A stretch of DNA of 64,000 nt from an uncultured Aliarcobacter sp. (lineage in GTDB: Bacteria; Campylobacterota; Campylobacteria; Campylobacterales; Arcobacteraceae), in NCBI GenBank assembly GCA_963677435.1, contig OY781945.1, positions 2,624,001 through 2,688,000 on the forward strand, written 5' to 3'. Below are positions 19,393-29,023 of the stretch, in pieces. The position numbers and the translations under genes were made by a program. The first letter of the stretch is position 1. Each line of letters begins with the position of its first letter. The notes below the pieces were generated by a model. It was not told the DNA's origin. It worked only from the letters and a program-made list of their open reading frames with translations, and did not search any database.

Positions 19393-20733
19393 ATGATAAG
19401 AAATACCTCTTCGGCTTTTAAAATCTCTATAATATATCTGATTTTTAGTCTTCTTTGGATTTATTTTTCAGACAATGCTATAAATTTTATAATTAAAGAC
19501 CCTATAAAACTTCAATTTGTGCAAACTATCAAAGGTCTATTTTTTGTAACATTTTCTTCTATTTTACTTTATCTATTATCAAAACAATTTTTTATTAATC
19601 TTCAAAAAGAAAAAGACAAACTTACTAACACAAATAATATATTAGAAAATATAATAGAAAATGCACCTATTATAATATTTTGGAAAGATAGAAATGGAAT
19701 TTACAGAGGCTCAAATAAACTATTTTTAGAATTAATGAATTTAGAAGATGAAAAAGAGCTATTAGGTAAAAAAGATTCTGATTTTAATATTATTGAAAAT
19801 GAAGATTTTATGAGTGATGATGAATATGTAATGACAAATAAAAAACCTAAATTAAATTATACAGAAACTATTAGTACAAAAAATGATGATATTAGAATAT
19901 TAAATACTTCAAAAGTTCCTTTATTAGATGAAAATGATAATGTAATTGGAGTGCTTGGAGTTATTCAAGACATAACTAATCAAATTAACAATCAAAATAA
20001 ATTAAAAGAGAATGAACTACTTTTAATTCAACAATCAAAATTAGCTTCTATGGGAGAAATGATTGCAAATATTGCCCATCAATGGAGACAACCATTGTCT
20101 ATTATTTCAACTTCTGCAACTGGTATTAAAATACAAAAAGAACTGGGAATGTTAGATGATGATTCAGAGATAAAAGCTCTTGATTGCATAAATGAGAATG
20201 CTCAATATTTATCAAATACAATAGAAGATTTTAGAGATTTTTTCAAAAAGAGTAAGATTAAAAGTTTAATCAATTTAGATGATTTATTGGAAAAGACATT
20301 AAAACTTATTCTTATTAGATTAAAAAATAAAGAGATAACTATTGTAAAAAACAGTTTTGATATTGAATTTGAAAGCTATGAAAGAGAAATGATTCAAGTT
20401 TTTATGAACATTATAAATAATTCAATAGATGCCTTTGAAAACAAAAATTATGATAAATTTATCTTTTTTGAAACTGAAAAATTTGAGAATAAAATTGTAA
20501 TAAAAATTAAAGATAATGCTGGTGGAATTGATGAACACATAATTGATAGAATTTTTGAACCATATTTTACAACAAAAGACCCAAAACAAGGGACAGGAAT
20601 TGGTTTATATATGTGTAATGAAATTGTACTAAAACATTTGAATGGAAAAATTTTTGTTGAAAATGAGACTTTTGATTATTTAGATAATAGATACAAAGGT
20701 AGTCAATTTACAATTGAAATACCTTTGATATAA
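19393..20733 (+). CDS. PAS-domain sensor histidine kinase (no adjacent regulator)
   Basis: Two TM segments, PAS (FWKD...SKVP), H-box IAHQWRQPL, DNAGGI, FEPYFTTK, GTGIGL. Confidence 0.9.
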   Translation: MIRNTSSAFKISIIYLIFSLLWIYFSDNAINFIIKDPIKLQFVQTIKGLFFVTFSSILLYLLSKQFFINLQKEKDKLTNTNNILENIIENAPIIIFWKDRNGIYRGSNKLFLELMNLEDEKELLGKKDSDFNIIENEDFMSDDEYVMTNKKPKLNYTETISTKNDDIRILNTSKVPLLDENDNVIGVLGVIQDITNQINNQNKLKENELLLIQQSKLASMGEMIANIAHQWRQPLSIISTSATGIKIQKELGMLDDDSEIKALDCINENAQYLSNTIEDFRDFFKKSKIKSLINLDDLLEKTLKLILIRLKNKEITIVKNSFDIEFESYEREMIQVFMNIINNSIDAFENKNYDKFIFFETEKFENKIVIKIKDNAGGIDEHIIDRIFEPYFTTKDPKQGTGIGLYMCNEIVLKHLNGKIFVENETFDYLDNRYKGSQFTIEIPLI

Positions 20734-20737
20734 TTCT

Positions 20738-22018
20738 TTATTTTATATGTTTTAAAATCTCTTCTTTATCAGAAAAGGGAAATTTCTTATCATAAATAGT
20801 TTGAGTTGCTTCATCACCTTTACCAAGAACTAAAACAACAGAATTTTCATTTGCCATTTCCATAGCTTTTTTTATTGCTTCTTTTCTATTGATTTCAACT
20901 TGAACATTTCCATGATTTTTTATTCCAGCTAAAATATCTTGAATAATTAAATCAGGATCTTCAAACCTTGGATTATCACTAGTTACAATTATATGTTTTG
21001 AATACATCCCAGCTATTTGTCCCATTAATGGACGCTTTAGTTTATCTCTATCCCCACCTGCACCAAATACGCAAATAATCTCTTTTTCAGGAAAGCTTTG
21101 TAAAACCTCTTTCATTCCATCTGGTGTATGTGCAAAATCTACAATTACTAAAGGATTAGTACAAACTGTTTCCATTCTTCCACTAACTCCTGCAAATCCT
21201 TCAAGAGCTTCGCAAATCTCATCAAGTGGTTTTTGTGTTGTAATATGAGCGGCTGCAACAGCTGCCATTAGATTGTAAACATTAAAAATTCCCATCATAT
21301 TTGAAGAGAACGAATGCATTGAACCAAAATGTGAGAACATAACATGAGTACCATTTTTAAAAGAGTACGCTGTTACTTTATAAGTTGATGGTTCATCTAA
21401 AGAGTAGGCAAAACCATTTGTACTATTATATTTAACTACTTTGTCATCTTTATTTATTAACTTTTTACTATCATCATCAAAAAAAGAGTTTTTAACTCTA
21501 ATATATTCGTCAATAGTTTTATGATAATCAAGATGATCTCTTGTTATATTTGTATGAATTTTAAGAGCGAACTCTAAACCTTCAATTCTTTTTTGCTCAA
21601 TCGCATGGGAACTTACTTCCATAACAAAAAAGTCACAAGCATTTTTTATAGCTTGTTGTATATGAGCAAAATTTCCAAGTTGAACAGGAGTCGTTAAAGA
21701 GTAATCTTCAACTCTTTCATCATTGATGAAAAACCCACGAGTTCCTTGAAGAGCTACTTTATATCCTAAATCAAGTAATATTGAATAAATAGCAGCAGCA
21801 GTTGTTGTTTTACCATTTGTTCCTGTTATTCCAATAACTTTGATACTTGACATATCTAAATGATTTTTCAACTCATTTGCTGTTATAATCTCTTTACAAC
21901 CATTTGCTATTGCACTATCTTTAAACTTCTCATTTTGTTTTGAAACCACAAAAACAGAATTTTCATCTGCTTCATTTGAATTGTCCGTATAAACTTTATT
22001 ATTTATGATTAACTGCAA
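20738..22018 (-). CDS. murE: UDP-MurNAc-dipeptide:DAP ligase
   Basis: GITGTNGKTT, MEVSSH, DHLDYH, DFAHTPD, TSDNPR. Confidence 0.95.
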   Translation of the reverse strand: MQLIINNKVYTDNSNEADENSVFVVSKQNEKFKDSAIANGCKEIITANELKNHLDMSSIKVIGITGTNGKTTTAAAIYSILLDLGYKVALQGTRGFFINDERVEDYSLTTPVQLGNFAHIQQAIKNACDFFVMEVSSHAIEQKRIEGLEFALKIHTNITRDHLDYHKTIDEYIRVKNSFFDDDSKKLINKDDKVVKYNSTNGFAYSLDEPSTYKVTAYSFKNGTHVMFSHFGSMHSFSSNMMGIFNVYNLMAAVAAAHITTQKPLDEICEALEGFAGVSGRMETVCTNPLVIVDFAHTPDGMKEVLQSFPEKEIICVFGAGGDRDKLKRPLMGQIAGMYSKHIIVTSDNPRFEDPDLIIQDILAGIKNHGNVQVEINRKEAIKKAMEMANENSVVLVLGKGDEATQTIYDKKFPFSDKEEILKHIK

Positions 22019-22592
22019 GTTTTTTCTCTTCTAATTTTTTATATAATTTTTCAATCTCTTCATCATAAGAGAAATATTCATTAAATCCATCTAAATATAT
22101 ATATGCTGTACTATTAAAATCATTATCGATTAATTTAGTTACAAAGTCAAAAAAATCATCTTTATTCTCAATTGCTACTTTTGTTGAAAACATTATATCT
22201 TCAAAAGCAATTCTAAATGAACCTCTTGATTCTATTAATTTTTTAAAATCTTCATATCTTATTGCATCAAGTGATTCAACAGTTGAATTACTTAATTCTT
22301 TTAATACATTCATCATTTTATCAATATCACCATCATAAGCATTAACAACATCTTCTACATATCTTATTGCTTCTTCAAGATTTTCATCTTTTACAATACT
22401 AAAATAATCATAAAGTGAAATTGCTTTTTCTTCATCTTCACTAGCAATATCACAAAATAATGCATATATTGGATACTCTTTATTTTGTGGAAAATTTGAT
22501 GAGAGTTGAGAATATAAAAACAATGCTTTATTAAACTCTTTTTGAGTGAAAAAGCTATTTGCTTCATTTAATACTCTACTTTCATTTATCAT
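21999..22592 (-). CDS. Conserved hypothetical protein (TPR-like N-terminus)
   Basis: Lies between nfuA-like and murE as in Campylobacterales; FEDIMFSTK motif. Confidence 0.7.
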   Translation of the reverse strand: MINESRVLNEANSFFTQKEFNKALFLYSQLSSNFPQNKEYPIYALFCDIASEDEEKAISLYDYFSIVKDENLEEAIRYVEDVVNAYDGDIDKMMNVLKELSNSTVESLDAIRYEDFKKLIESRGSFRIAFEDIMFSTKVAIENKDDFFDFVTKLIDNDFNSTAYIYLDGFNEYFSYDEEIEKLYKKLEEKKLAVNHK

Positions 22593-22870
22593 TAAAATTC
22601 CTCTAATTTATTTTCCATACCTTGTGGTACATTAACTATTTGTAATTCTGGATGAATCGCTGATTTCAACTCTTTTTCAACTATATATTTTAATGTACTA
22701 CCACTTGCACTACATCCAACACATGCACCTTTTAATTGTACAAAAACCTTAGCATTTTTGATATCTAATAGTTCAATTGCTCCACCATCTCGTGCAAGCA
22801 TTGGGGCAATTTTATTTTTTATAATTGAACTTACAGGATCTTTTAAATCTTCATCTGTAAATGGCATCAT
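22592..22870 (-). CDS. NifU C-terminal/NfuA-type Fe-S carrier
   Basis: PMLARDGGAIEL and GACVGC motifs. Confidence 0.9.
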   Translation of the reverse strand: MMPFTDEDLKDPVSSIIKNKIAPMLARDGGAIELLDIKNAKVFVQLKGACVGCSASGSTLKYIVEKELKSAIHPELQIVNVPQGMENKLEEF

Positions 22871-22871
22871 T

Positions 22872-22985
22872 TTATTTTACCTCTTTTGCTTTCTTCTTTA
22901 CAAAATATATTCCAATAGCTATAAGTACGAGAATTACAGCTATGGTTTGGAATACAAAAGTAAGTGTTACTTCTTCTTGAAACAT
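22872..22985 (-). CDS. Small single-pass membrane protein (37 aa), not in ORF track
   Basis: MFQEEVTLTFVFQTIAVILVLIAIGIYFVKKKAKEVK; AGGA RBS overlapping the ileS stop; fills the ileS-nfu gap. Confidence 0.65.
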   Translation of the reverse strand: MFQEEVTLTFVFQTIAVILVLIAIGIYFVKKKAKEVK

Positions 22986-22992
22986 TTTATTC

Positions 22993-25722
22993 CTATTTTA
23001 AAACTTCTTCACATCTATTACAAAGTGTTTCTTCTTTAACAGCTGTAAACTTCCAACATCTTGGACATTTATGCTCAATTGCTTTATATACTTCAAAAAC
23101 ATTTCCATCTATTTGGAAACTTCCAAGTATATCAGAGTTTTGTTTATCTTTTGTTACAGCACTTACTAAGAACCAATCACTTGATTCTACTTCATCTAAA
23201 GCTATTATATCTTCACAATTAGTATAAATCATTAGTTCAAGTGTAGATTTTATAACTTTTTCTTTACTTAAAGCATCTTTTATTTCAGAGAACTTCTCTT
23301 TTGCAGCAAATAAAGTAGCTTCATTAATAGTTACTTCAACATTTGGTAATTCAACTTTTTTATAATCAAATATATCTTCACAATCACCTTTTATAAATGC
23401 AGGTGCAAAAGCTAATAACTCATCCATTGTATAAGTTAAAATTGGAGCCATTGTAGAGATTAATTTTTTAGCGATTAATGCCATTGCACTTTGAGATGCA
23501 AGTCTGTGAATATCATTTTTATCATCACAATATAATCTATCTTTACAAACATCTAAATAAATTCCAGATAAATCAACAACTAAAAAGTTATTTAATTTAT
23601 TTAAACCTTTTGAAAATTCGTATACATTAAATGAAGCTTCAATTTCATCAAATACTTTTTTAGCTTTATTTACAACCCATTTATCTAAAGGTCCCATTTT
23701 ATCAACTGATACAATCTCTTCTAAATCTGAAACATTTGCAAGTAAGAATCTTGCTGTGTTTCTGATTTTTCTATAAAGTTCTGCATTTTGTTTTAAGATA
23801 TTATCAGAGATTTTTAAATCAGATTGATAATCACTCATAGCAACCCAAAGTCTTAAAATTTCACTTCCATACTCTTTTAAAACTTTATCAGGAGCAACTA
23901 CATTTCCTTTAGATTTAGACATTTTTTCACCTTTTTCATCAACAGTGAATCCATGTGTTAAAATCGATTTATAAGGAGCGATTTCACTTGAAGCTAAAGT
24001 TGTTAAAAGTGAAGATTGAAACCAACCTCTATGTTGGTCACTTCCTTCTAAATACATATCAGCAGGGAAAGTTCCAGCATCATAGTTTCTAGATCTTAAA
24101 ACTGCATTTTGAGTTGAACCTGAGTCAAACCAAACATCTAAAATATCAACAGTTTTTTCTAAATCATCAGGATTTAATCCACTTCCTGGATATAGTAATT
24201 CTGAAATTTCTAAATCATACCAAGCATCACAACCTTTTTGTTCAAAAATCATAGCTGTGTAATTTAATACTTTTTCATCAAAAACAATCTCATCAGTTTT
24301 TTTATTTCTAAAAAATGCAATTGGAACACCCCAATCTCTTTGTCTTGAAATACACCAATCAGGTCTTCCTTCTAACATTGCTTTTAATCTATTTCTTCCC
24401 CATTCAGGATAGAAAGTTAAATCTTCAACAACTTTTAGTGCATTTTCTCTTAATGTTTTATTTTGTTTTCCATAATTATCATCAATAGAGATAAACCATT
24501 GTTTTGTTGCTCTAAAGATAATTGGAGTATGTGTTCTCCAACAGTGTGGATAAGAGTGTCTAATATCTACTCTTTTTAATAAAGCATCACCTAACTCTTC
24601 AAGAATTAAATCATTTGCTTTAAATACATTTAGTCCTAAATATTTTTCTGTATCTCTGAAAAGTTTTTCTCTAACTATTGTTTCATCATATTTTCCAAAC
24701 GCATCAACTGGCATGATTACATCTAAACCATAAACTAAACCAATTTTATAGTCATCTTCTCCATGTCCAGGAGCTGTATGAACTGCACCTGATCCTGAAT
24801 CCATCATAACATGTTCACCTAAAACAATTTTAGAAGTTCTTCCATTTAATGGATTTATTGCATTTGTATTTTCTAAATCTTTAGGATTTATAGTTTCAAC
24901 TATTTCACCTTTGATTACTTCATTCTCAATTAATGCATTATATAATTTTTTCGCCACAATAAATTTGTCACTTGTTTTTACATAATCTTCTTCACCATTT
25001 AATGAAATTCCTGTATTTGCAGGTAATGTCCAAGGTGTTGTTGTCCAAATAATAATACTTGCATCAATAGATTCATGTTTAAATGCCACATAAATTGATG
25101 GAGATGTTTTATCTTCATATTCAACTTCAGCTTCAGCAAGTGCTGTTTGAGCAGCCCAAGACCAATAAACTGGTTTGCTTCTTTGAATTAATAAACCTTG
25201 TTTTGCAATTGCACATAATTCTCTATAAATATTTGCTTCAAATTTAAAATCCATTGTTAAATAAGGATTTTCCCAATCAGCAATAACACCTAATTGTTTA
25301 AATTCACTTTTTTGAATATCAACAAATTTAGTTGCATGATCTCGACATAATTGTCTAAGTTTTGATTTTGGAAGTATTTTTTTCTTCTCTGAACCAATTT
25401 TTTCTTCTACTTTTTGTTCAATTGGTAATCCATGACAATCCCATCCTGGAACATATCTAATTGATTTTCCCTCAAAATAATGAAATTTATTAATAATATC
25501 TTTTAAAATTTTATTTAAAGCATGACCAATATGAATATTTCCATTTGCATAAGGAGGTCCATCATGAAGTGTAAATGATTCACAACCTACTCTATTTTTT
25601 TTCATCTTATCGTAAACTTTTTTCTCGTCCCACTGTTTATATTTAATGGGTTCATTGTTAGGAAGATTTCCTCTCATAGGAAAATCAGTTTTGGGAAGTA
25701 GTAAACTCTCTTTATAATCCAT
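22993..25722 (-). CDS. ileS: Isoleucyl-tRNA synthetase (type 1)
   Basis: HDGPPYANG, HIGH, GWDCHG, KMSKS, C-terminal CPRC...CNRC zinc finger; likely start MDYKES at 25722. Confidence 0.97.
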   Translation of the reverse strand: MDYKESLLLPKTDFPMRGNLPNNEPIKYKQWDEKKVYDKMKKNRVGCESFTLHDGPPYANGNIHIGHALNKILKDIINKFHYFEGKSIRYVPGWDCHGLPIEQKVEEKIGSEKKKILPKSKLRQLCRDHATKFVDIQKSEFKQLGVIADWENPYLTMDFKFEANIYRELCAIAKQGLLIQRSKPVYWSWAAQTALAEAEVEYEDKTSPSIYVAFKHESIDASIIIWTTTPWTLPANTGISLNGEEDYVKTSDKFIVAKKLYNALIENEVIKGEIVETINPKDLENTNAINPLNGRTSKIVLGEHVMMDSGSGAVHTAPGHGEDDYKIGLVYGLDVIMPVDAFGKYDETIVREKLFRDTEKYLGLNVFKANDLILEELGDALLKRVDIRHSYPHCWRTHTPIIFRATKQWFISIDDNYGKQNKTLRENALKVVEDLTFYPEWGRNRLKAMLEGRPDWCISRQRDWGVPIAFFRNKKTDEIVFDEKVLNYTAMIFEQKGCDAWYDLEISELLYPGSGLNPDDLEKTVDILDVWFDSGSTQNAVLRSRNYDAGTFPADMYLEGSDQHRGWFQSSLLTTLASSEIAPYKSILTHGFTVDEKGEKMSKSKGNVVAPDKVLKEYGSEILRLWVAMSDYQSDLKISDNILKQNAELYRKIRNTARFLLANVSDLEEIVSVDKMGPLDKWVVNKAKKVFDEIEASFNVYEFSKGLNKLNNFLVVDLSGIYLDVCKDRLYCDDKNDIHRLASQSAMALIAKKLISTMAPILTYTMDELLAFAPAFIKGDCEDIFDYKKVELPNVEVTINEATLFAAKEKFSEIKDALSKEKVIKSTLELMIYTNCEDIIALDEVESSDWFLVSAVTKDKQNSDILGSFQIDGNVFEVYKAIEHKCPRCWKFTAVKEETLCNRCEEVLK

Positions 25723-25978
25723 TATAACACCTTCATTTTTCAAAATATTTATAGTTTTTCATTAAATCGCAGATTATATCCAATTTAATTTAAAACTAAA
25801 TTTATCATAAATATCAAATAATAATTTTTTCAACTTATATCCAATGCAATTATGATTGAATGTTACTAAAATCTATAATTTATTTAGTATTTGCAAAATT
25901 TTAGATTCTATTTATCTAAAATGAAAAATTTATATGATAGAATCCAAAAATATTTCACAAAAAACATAGGAATGATAA

Positions 25979-27340
25979 ATGAATGAAAAACACTATGAGG
26001 TCGTAATTGTTGGTGGAGGAATCTCTGGAGCAGCTCTATTTTATGAGTTAGCTAAATATTCTACTGCTAAAAATATCTGTTTATTAGAAAAATATGAAGA
26101 TCTTGCTACTTTAAACTCAAAAGGTACAAGTAACTCACAAACTATCCACGTTGGTGACATCGAAACTAACTATACTTTAGATAAAGCTAAAATTACAAAA
26201 AGAACTGCAAAAATGATTGAAAAGTTTTGTTTACAATATAATTTACAAGACAAAATCATGTTTAAACACCAAAAAATGGCTTTAGGTGTTGGAGAAAAAG
26301 AAGTTGAATTTATTACAAAAAGATATCATGAATTTAAAGAAATTTTTCCATATTTAGAGTTATGGGATAAAGAAAAACTAAGAGAATTAGAACCAAAATT
26401 AGTTTATGCAGATAAAGAACAAACAAAAGACAGACCTGAACCAATAATTGCAATGGGTGCAAAAGACGAATACACTACTGTTGATTATGGTGAAATGACA
26501 AAAGAATTAGCAAAAGCAGGACAAAATGCTGATGCTTCTAAAACAACTGATATTTTCTTTAATTCAGAAGTTGAAGAGATTGAAAAAGTTGGTAATAAAT
26601 TTAAATTAACAACTGTTAATGGTACAGTTTACACAGCAGATTTTGTTGTTGTAGATGCAGGTGCTCACTCATTATACTTAGCTCATAAAATGGGTTATGG
26701 TAAACATATGGGTTCTTTATCAATGGCTGGATCATTCTACATCACAAATGGTGAGTTTTTAAATGGTAAAGTATACATGGTACAAAATGATAAATTACCA
26801 TTTGCAGCACTTCATGGAGATCCAGATATCTTAGAAAATGGTAAAACAAGATTTGGGCCAACTGCTCTTGCTTTATTAGTTTTAGAAAGATATAAAGGTG
26901 GAAAATCAATATTCCAATGTTTAAAAACTATGAATATTGATGGAAGCATTATAAAAATTTTCTGGGATTTATTAAAAGATTCAGAGATTAGAAATTATGT
27001 ATTTAAAAACTTCTTATTCGAAGTTCCTGGAATTAACAAAGGTTTATTTGTTAAAGATGCAAGAAAAATCGTTCCTTCATTAAGTGTTGATGATTTAGAA
27101 TATGCAAAAGGATTTGGTGGAGTTAGACCACAAGTTCTTAACAAAACTGAAAAAAAATTAATGCTTGGTGAAGCATCATTAAATGAAAATGGAATTATCT
27201 TTAATATGACTCCAAGTCCAGGTGCTACATCTTGTTTAGGTAATGCACAAAGAGATGTTAAAGTAATTTGTGATTATTTAAATCTTGAATTTGATGAAGC
27301 TGCTTTCTTAGCTGATTTAACTGATCCAGAAATCGCATAA
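25979..27340 (+). CDS. mqo: Malate:quinone oxidoreductase (Campylobacterota type)
   Basis: GGGISG FAD motif, NSQTIHVGDIETNY, LPFAALHGDPD, MTPSPGATSCL. Confidence 0.85.
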   Translation: MNEKHYEVVIVGGGISGAALFYELAKYSTAKNICLLEKYEDLATLNSKGTSNSQTIHVGDIETNYTLDKAKITKRTAKMIEKFCLQYNLQDKIMFKHQKMALGVGEKEVEFITKRYHEFKEIFPYLELWDKEKLRELEPKLVYADKEQTKDRPEPIIAMGAKDEYTTVDYGEMTKELAKAGQNADASKTTDIFFNSEVEEIEKVGNKFKLTTVNGTVYTADFVVVDAGAHSLYLAHKMGYGKHMGSLSMAGSFYITNGEFLNGKVYMVQNDKLPFAALHGDPDILENGKTRFGPTALALLVLERYKGGKSIFQCLKTMNIDGSIIKIFWDLLKDSEIRNYVFKNFLFEVPGINKGLFVKDARKIVPSLSVDDLEYAKGFGGVRPQVLNKTEKKLMLGEASLNENGIIFNMTPSPGATSCLGNAQRDVKVICDYLNLEFDEAAFLADLTDPEIA

Positions 27341-27486
27341 TTTTTTATACTACAACTTATATCTATAAATAAGAGAAAATTCTCTTATTATAGATAATCC
27401 CTTAACTCATTTATAATACAACTAACCTTTTTTTAATCAAAAACATATAAAATACTTTAATAAATTAATTTTAAAGGCCAGATACA

Positions 27487-27993
27487 ATGTTTAATGATAT
27501 TTTTAATGAAAATGATATGATAACTCTTCAAGCTCTTTTAAAAGCAAATAAACAAACCATTACAACTGCTGAATCATGTACAGGTGGATTAGTTGCAAGC
27601 ATGATAACTAAAATCTCTGGCTCGTCTGAAATTTTTAATGGAAGTATAGTAAGTTATTCTAACAAAATAAAAAATCAAGAATTAAATGTGAAAAATGAAA
27701 CTCTTGAAACATTTGGAGCAGTTAGTTGTGAAGTTGTAAATGAGATGTTAGAAGGTGTAATTAATAAATTTCATGCAGATTTTGCTATTGCAATATCTGG
27801 AATTGCTGGACCAAATGGTGGTTCAAAACAGAAGCCTGTAGGCACAGTTGTAATTGGAATATCAGACTGTAATGCCCATAAAATAGTGAATGTCTATAAT
27901 TTCTTAGGTTCAAGAGAAGAAGTGCAAATTCAAGCTGCAAAACACTCTTTAAAAGAAATTTTGAAATTTCTTCAAAAATCTCTTGACAAATAA
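27487..27993 (+). CDS. CinA C-terminal/PncC NMN deamidase family
   Basis: AESCTGG, YSNKIK, GAVS, SGIAGPNGG, KPVG. Confidence 0.9.
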   Translation: MFNDIFNENDMITLQALLKANKQTITTAESCTGGLVASMITKISGSSEIFNGSIVSYSNKIKNQELNVKNETLETFGAVSCEVVNEMLEGVINKFHADFAIAISGIAGPNGGSKQKPVGTVVIGISDCNAHKIVNVYNFLGSREEVQIQAAKHSLKEILKFLQKSLDK

Positions 27994-28011
27994 AAACAAA
28001 TGCACTATAAT
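27983..28011 (+). promoter_or_regulatory. Consensus sigma70 promoter of the tRNA operon
   Basis: TTGACA (27983-27988), 17-bp spacer, TATAAT (28006-28011). Confidence 0.85.
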
Positions 28012-28056
28012 TCCAGTCCAATTTAAGTAGAACAACTTAAAGAAGGACAACAATGT

Positions 28057-28132
28057 GACCCGTTAGCTCAGCCGGTAGAGCATCTCACTTTTAATGAGGG
28101 GGCCGATGGTTCGAATCCATCACGGGTCACCA
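28057..28132 (+). tRNA. tRNA-Lys(UUU)
   Basis: gacccgt/acgggtc acceptor stem, anticodon loop cttttaa, TTCGAA T-loop, encoded CCA. Confidence 0.95.
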
Positions 28133-28158
28133 TTTTTTTAATTTTGTTACACAGTCTT

Positions 28159-28233
28159 GGCCCCTTCATCTAACGGTTAGGATTCATGGTTTTCATCCAT
28201 GCCACAGGGGTTCAAATCCCCTAGGGGTCACCA
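28159..28233 (+). tRNA. tRNA-Glu(UUC)
   Basis: catgg-ttttcat-ccatg anticodon arm, encoded CCA. Confidence 0.95.
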
Positions 28234-28252
28234 AGTTTTCTTGTAACAAAAT

Positions 28253-28328
28253 GGTCGATTAGCTCAGTTGGTAGAGCGCTACCCTTACAAGGTAGATGTC
28301 ATAAGTTCGAGTCTTATATCGACCACCA
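28253..28328 (+). tRNA. tRNA-Val(UAC)
   Basis: ctacc-cttacaa-ggtag anticodon arm, encoded CCA. Confidence 0.95.
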
Positions 28329-28417
28329 TTTTTAAAAGTTATAAAATGCAGTAGCATTAGATTTTTAAAGATTATTTTTGTGACTTCTATTTATTCTTAT
28401 AAATAGTATTTTAAAGT

Positions 28418-28494
28418 GCGGTTGTAGTTTAGTTGGTTAGAATGCCTGCCTGTCACGCAGGAGGTCGAGGGTTCGAGTCCCTTCAACCGCGCCA
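28418..28494 (+). tRNA. tRNA-Asp(GUC)
   Basis: cctgc-ctgtcac-gcagg anticodon arm, encoded CCA. Confidence 0.95.
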
Positions 28495-28511
28495 CTTTTA
28501 TTTTGTTATGT

Positions 28512-28587
28512 GACCCGTTAGCTCAGCCGGTAGAGCATCTCACTTTTAATGAGGGGGCCGATGGTTCGAATCCATCACGGGTCACCA
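28512..28587 (+). tRNA. tRNA-Lys(UUU), copy 2
   Basis: Identical to 28057-28132. Confidence 0.95.
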
Positions 28588-28613
28588 TTTTTTTAATTTT
28601 GTTACACAGTCTT

Positions 28614-28688
28614 GGCCCCTTCATCTAACGGTTAGGATTCATGGTTTTCATCCATGCCACAGGGGTTCAAATCCCCTAGGGGTCACCA
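28614..28688 (+). tRNA. tRNA-Glu(UUC), copy 2
   Basis: Identical to 28159-28233. Confidence 0.95.
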
Positions 28689-28707
28689 AGTTTTCTTGTA
28701 ACAAAAT

Positions 28708-28783
28708 GGTCGATTAGCTCAGTTGGTAGAGCGCTACCCTTACAAGGTAGATGTCATAAGTTCGAGTCTTATATCGACCACCA
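28708..28783 (+). tRNA. tRNA-Val(UAC), copy 2
   Basis: Identical to 28253-28328. Confidence 0.95.
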
Positions 28784-28872
28784 TTTTTAAAAGTTATAAA
28801 ATGCAGTAGCATTAGATTTTTAAAGATTATTTTTGTGACTTCTATTTATTCTTATAAATAGTATTTTAAAGT

Positions 28873-28949
28873 GCGGTTGTAGTTTAGTTGGTTAGAATGC
28901 CTGCCTGTCACGCAGGAGGTCGAGGGTTCGAGTCCCTTCAACCGCGCCA
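28873..28949 (+). tRNA. tRNA-Asp(GUC), copy 2
   Basis: Identical to 28418-28494. Confidence 0.95.
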
Positions 28950-29023
28950 CTTTTAAAATCTTTCAAAGTAAATTCTCATATAAATCTTGATACTATACCT
29001 TCAATTAAAAAAAGGTTTCATTC

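Larger units (their letters stand above)
28053..28955 (+). repeat. Tandem duplication of the tRNA block (two 448-bp copies, period 455 bp)
   Basis: 28053-28500 equals 28508-28955 including spacers, by eye. Confidence 0.9.

Noticed and set aside
25744..25978. Switch from mostly minus to mostly plus genes as replication origin or terminus
   Set aside because: No dnaA, DnaA-box cluster or dif site seen; it looks like an ordinary divergent promoter region.
28053..28955. Repeat array as possible CRISPR
   Set aside because: Units are tRNA genes with identical spacers; no cas genes in the window.
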